Assembly: GCA_050084985.1 (NCBI GenBank)
Contig: JBITNC010000001.1
Span: 168,206,001 to 168,270,000 of the forward strand
From: Nageia nagi
Lineage: Eukaryota > Plantae > Pinophyta
Length of the DNA stretch: 64,000 bases
Direction of reading: 5' to 3'
Part shown: piece by piece, positions 62,700 through 64,000 of the stretch
Numbering within the stretch: the stretch's first letter is position 1
Layout: each line of letters begins with the position of its first letter
Position numbers and translations under genes: made by a program
Notes under the pieces: model-generated
The model's input: the letters and a program-made list of their open reading frames with translations, nothing else
Databases searched by the model: none
Told to the model about the DNA's origin: nothing

Positions 62700-64000
62700 C
62701 CATGATGTTGGATTCCAAAATAACCAACTCAGCTAGGCTTACAACCTTGTTTATTAAGTGGTTAGCCAACATGTTGGCCTCCCTAAAGTGATGTTCCATA
62801 GATAAATTTTCCATGTAGTTTAGAATGCCCCTAGCCTCTACCATCATGCTTGCAATGTTCTAGCTAAGGGTAGAGACACCTTTCAAGATATTCATAATGT
62901 TCATCAAGTTCCCAACCATGATTACATTCAAGCACCTTAACTTTTCAATAGCAGTTAAGAAAATGAATGTTGCTTGAGCCTCTGCATAGTGACTTGTTTG
63001 CTAGCCCAGAGGTTTTGTAATTATCATGATGACTCTACCTTAAAGATATCTCACAACACCGCAAGCTCCATCTAGACCTAGGTTCCCATTTGAGTCTCCA
63101 TCAAAATTTAGCATCAACCACCCAATCATGGGGGGAGGGGGGTGTTTCCAGATCACATCCAACCTTGGATGAGAAGTAGCAGGATCATTTCTATGTTGCA
63201 TACCCCATTTCAACATAATTGGTATTTCCTTAGACACCTCTTAGACATTCTTAAACTTGATGGTCTCTAGATTTTCCTTTGCAAAGTTTTCAATATTAGA
63301 TGTTGCTTTAGAAGCTGGGGTCTCTTCCCCCCTAAAGACTCTATGGTTTCTCTCTTTCCACATACCCCACACTAGGTGTGGTAGAATAAGGCTTTATAGA
63401 TTTTTTAATCTAATACTTCTAAAAGGACTAATCTATTGGAGGTAAAAATCCTTTAAGGTTTGCAGACTCACCCAATGGATTTGAAAGAGGGAAAGAATAT
63501 GTTCAAACACTTGGTTAGTATACTCACAACTCACCAAGATTTATATAACACACATCTATTAAGCATATGGAAGCCTTGCTTCTTCAAAATATCTAGGGTC
63601 AAGATTTTATTTTAACTACCACCCAAGAGAATAAGGCCACCTTTGACATTAAATATTTAACCCTCATATGGCTATGCCAAACCTAGTCCTCCTCAACCAC
63701 TTCCTAAGCATTGTACCCAAACTTTAAAGAGTAGGAACCTTGTTTGTGACTCTTCCAAATAAATGTATCTTCCACATTACCACTCTTAAGGAAGTAGGCC
63801 CACAACATGTTATGGAGGATATCTAATAAAGATTGTTGGATGTACCCAAGCCCCTCAACCTATAGCCATTTCCACCACCTTTTTTCCTTTGTAACCTCTA
63901 GATAGTCACCAACCCAAAGCCCATAGATAGGGACTAATCATCTAGCTAGAGGTACAAAAGTCAAATGAATATTCAAGGGAGCTTCTCCTAACCAAATATC
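62700..64000 (-). mobile_element. L1 LINE 3' part (zf-RVT region + RNase H-like domain), runs off the window
   Basis: WKHPPPPMIGWLMLNFDGDSNGNLG..GACGVVR and HHFREANMLANHL match the plant L1 RNase H domain. Confidence 0.85.

Overview
AT-rich, transposon-dense plant nuclear DNA. Long TE-filled introns, Copia/hAT/L1 content and CpG depletion suggest a large-genome seed plant, probably a gymnosperm (inference). The left half holds two convergent, tail-to-tail spliced genes about 3 kb apart. The first is a receptor-like cytoplasmic kinase of subfamily VII (PBL17-like; + strand, 6 exons, 26..14745, 417 aa), whose N-myristoylation exon is separated from the rest by a 12.7-kb intron containing a degenerate non-L1 LINE and a hAT remnant. 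The second is a TORTIFOLIA1/SPIRAL2-like HEAT-repeat microtubule protein (TOR1L2-like; - strand, 6 exons, 33447..17704), whose introns contain a hAT>Copia+MITE nest and an ancient internal duplication. From memory, the Arabidopsis counterparts (At2g07180 and At2g07170) are also neighbours, which would make this a very old conserved gene pair; this is the most interesting point and needs verification. The last TOR1L exon is out of frame by 1 nt at its best acceptor. The right half (34.5-64 kb) is intergenic TE debris: L1 fragments, a solo LTR, a Copia element with a same-family copy nested inside it in inverted orientation, an internally deleted Copia and a Gypsy-like remnant. No RNA genes, CRISPR arrays or prokaryotic-type systems were seen. 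Coordinates were read by eye; TE boundaries without TSDs are approximate.
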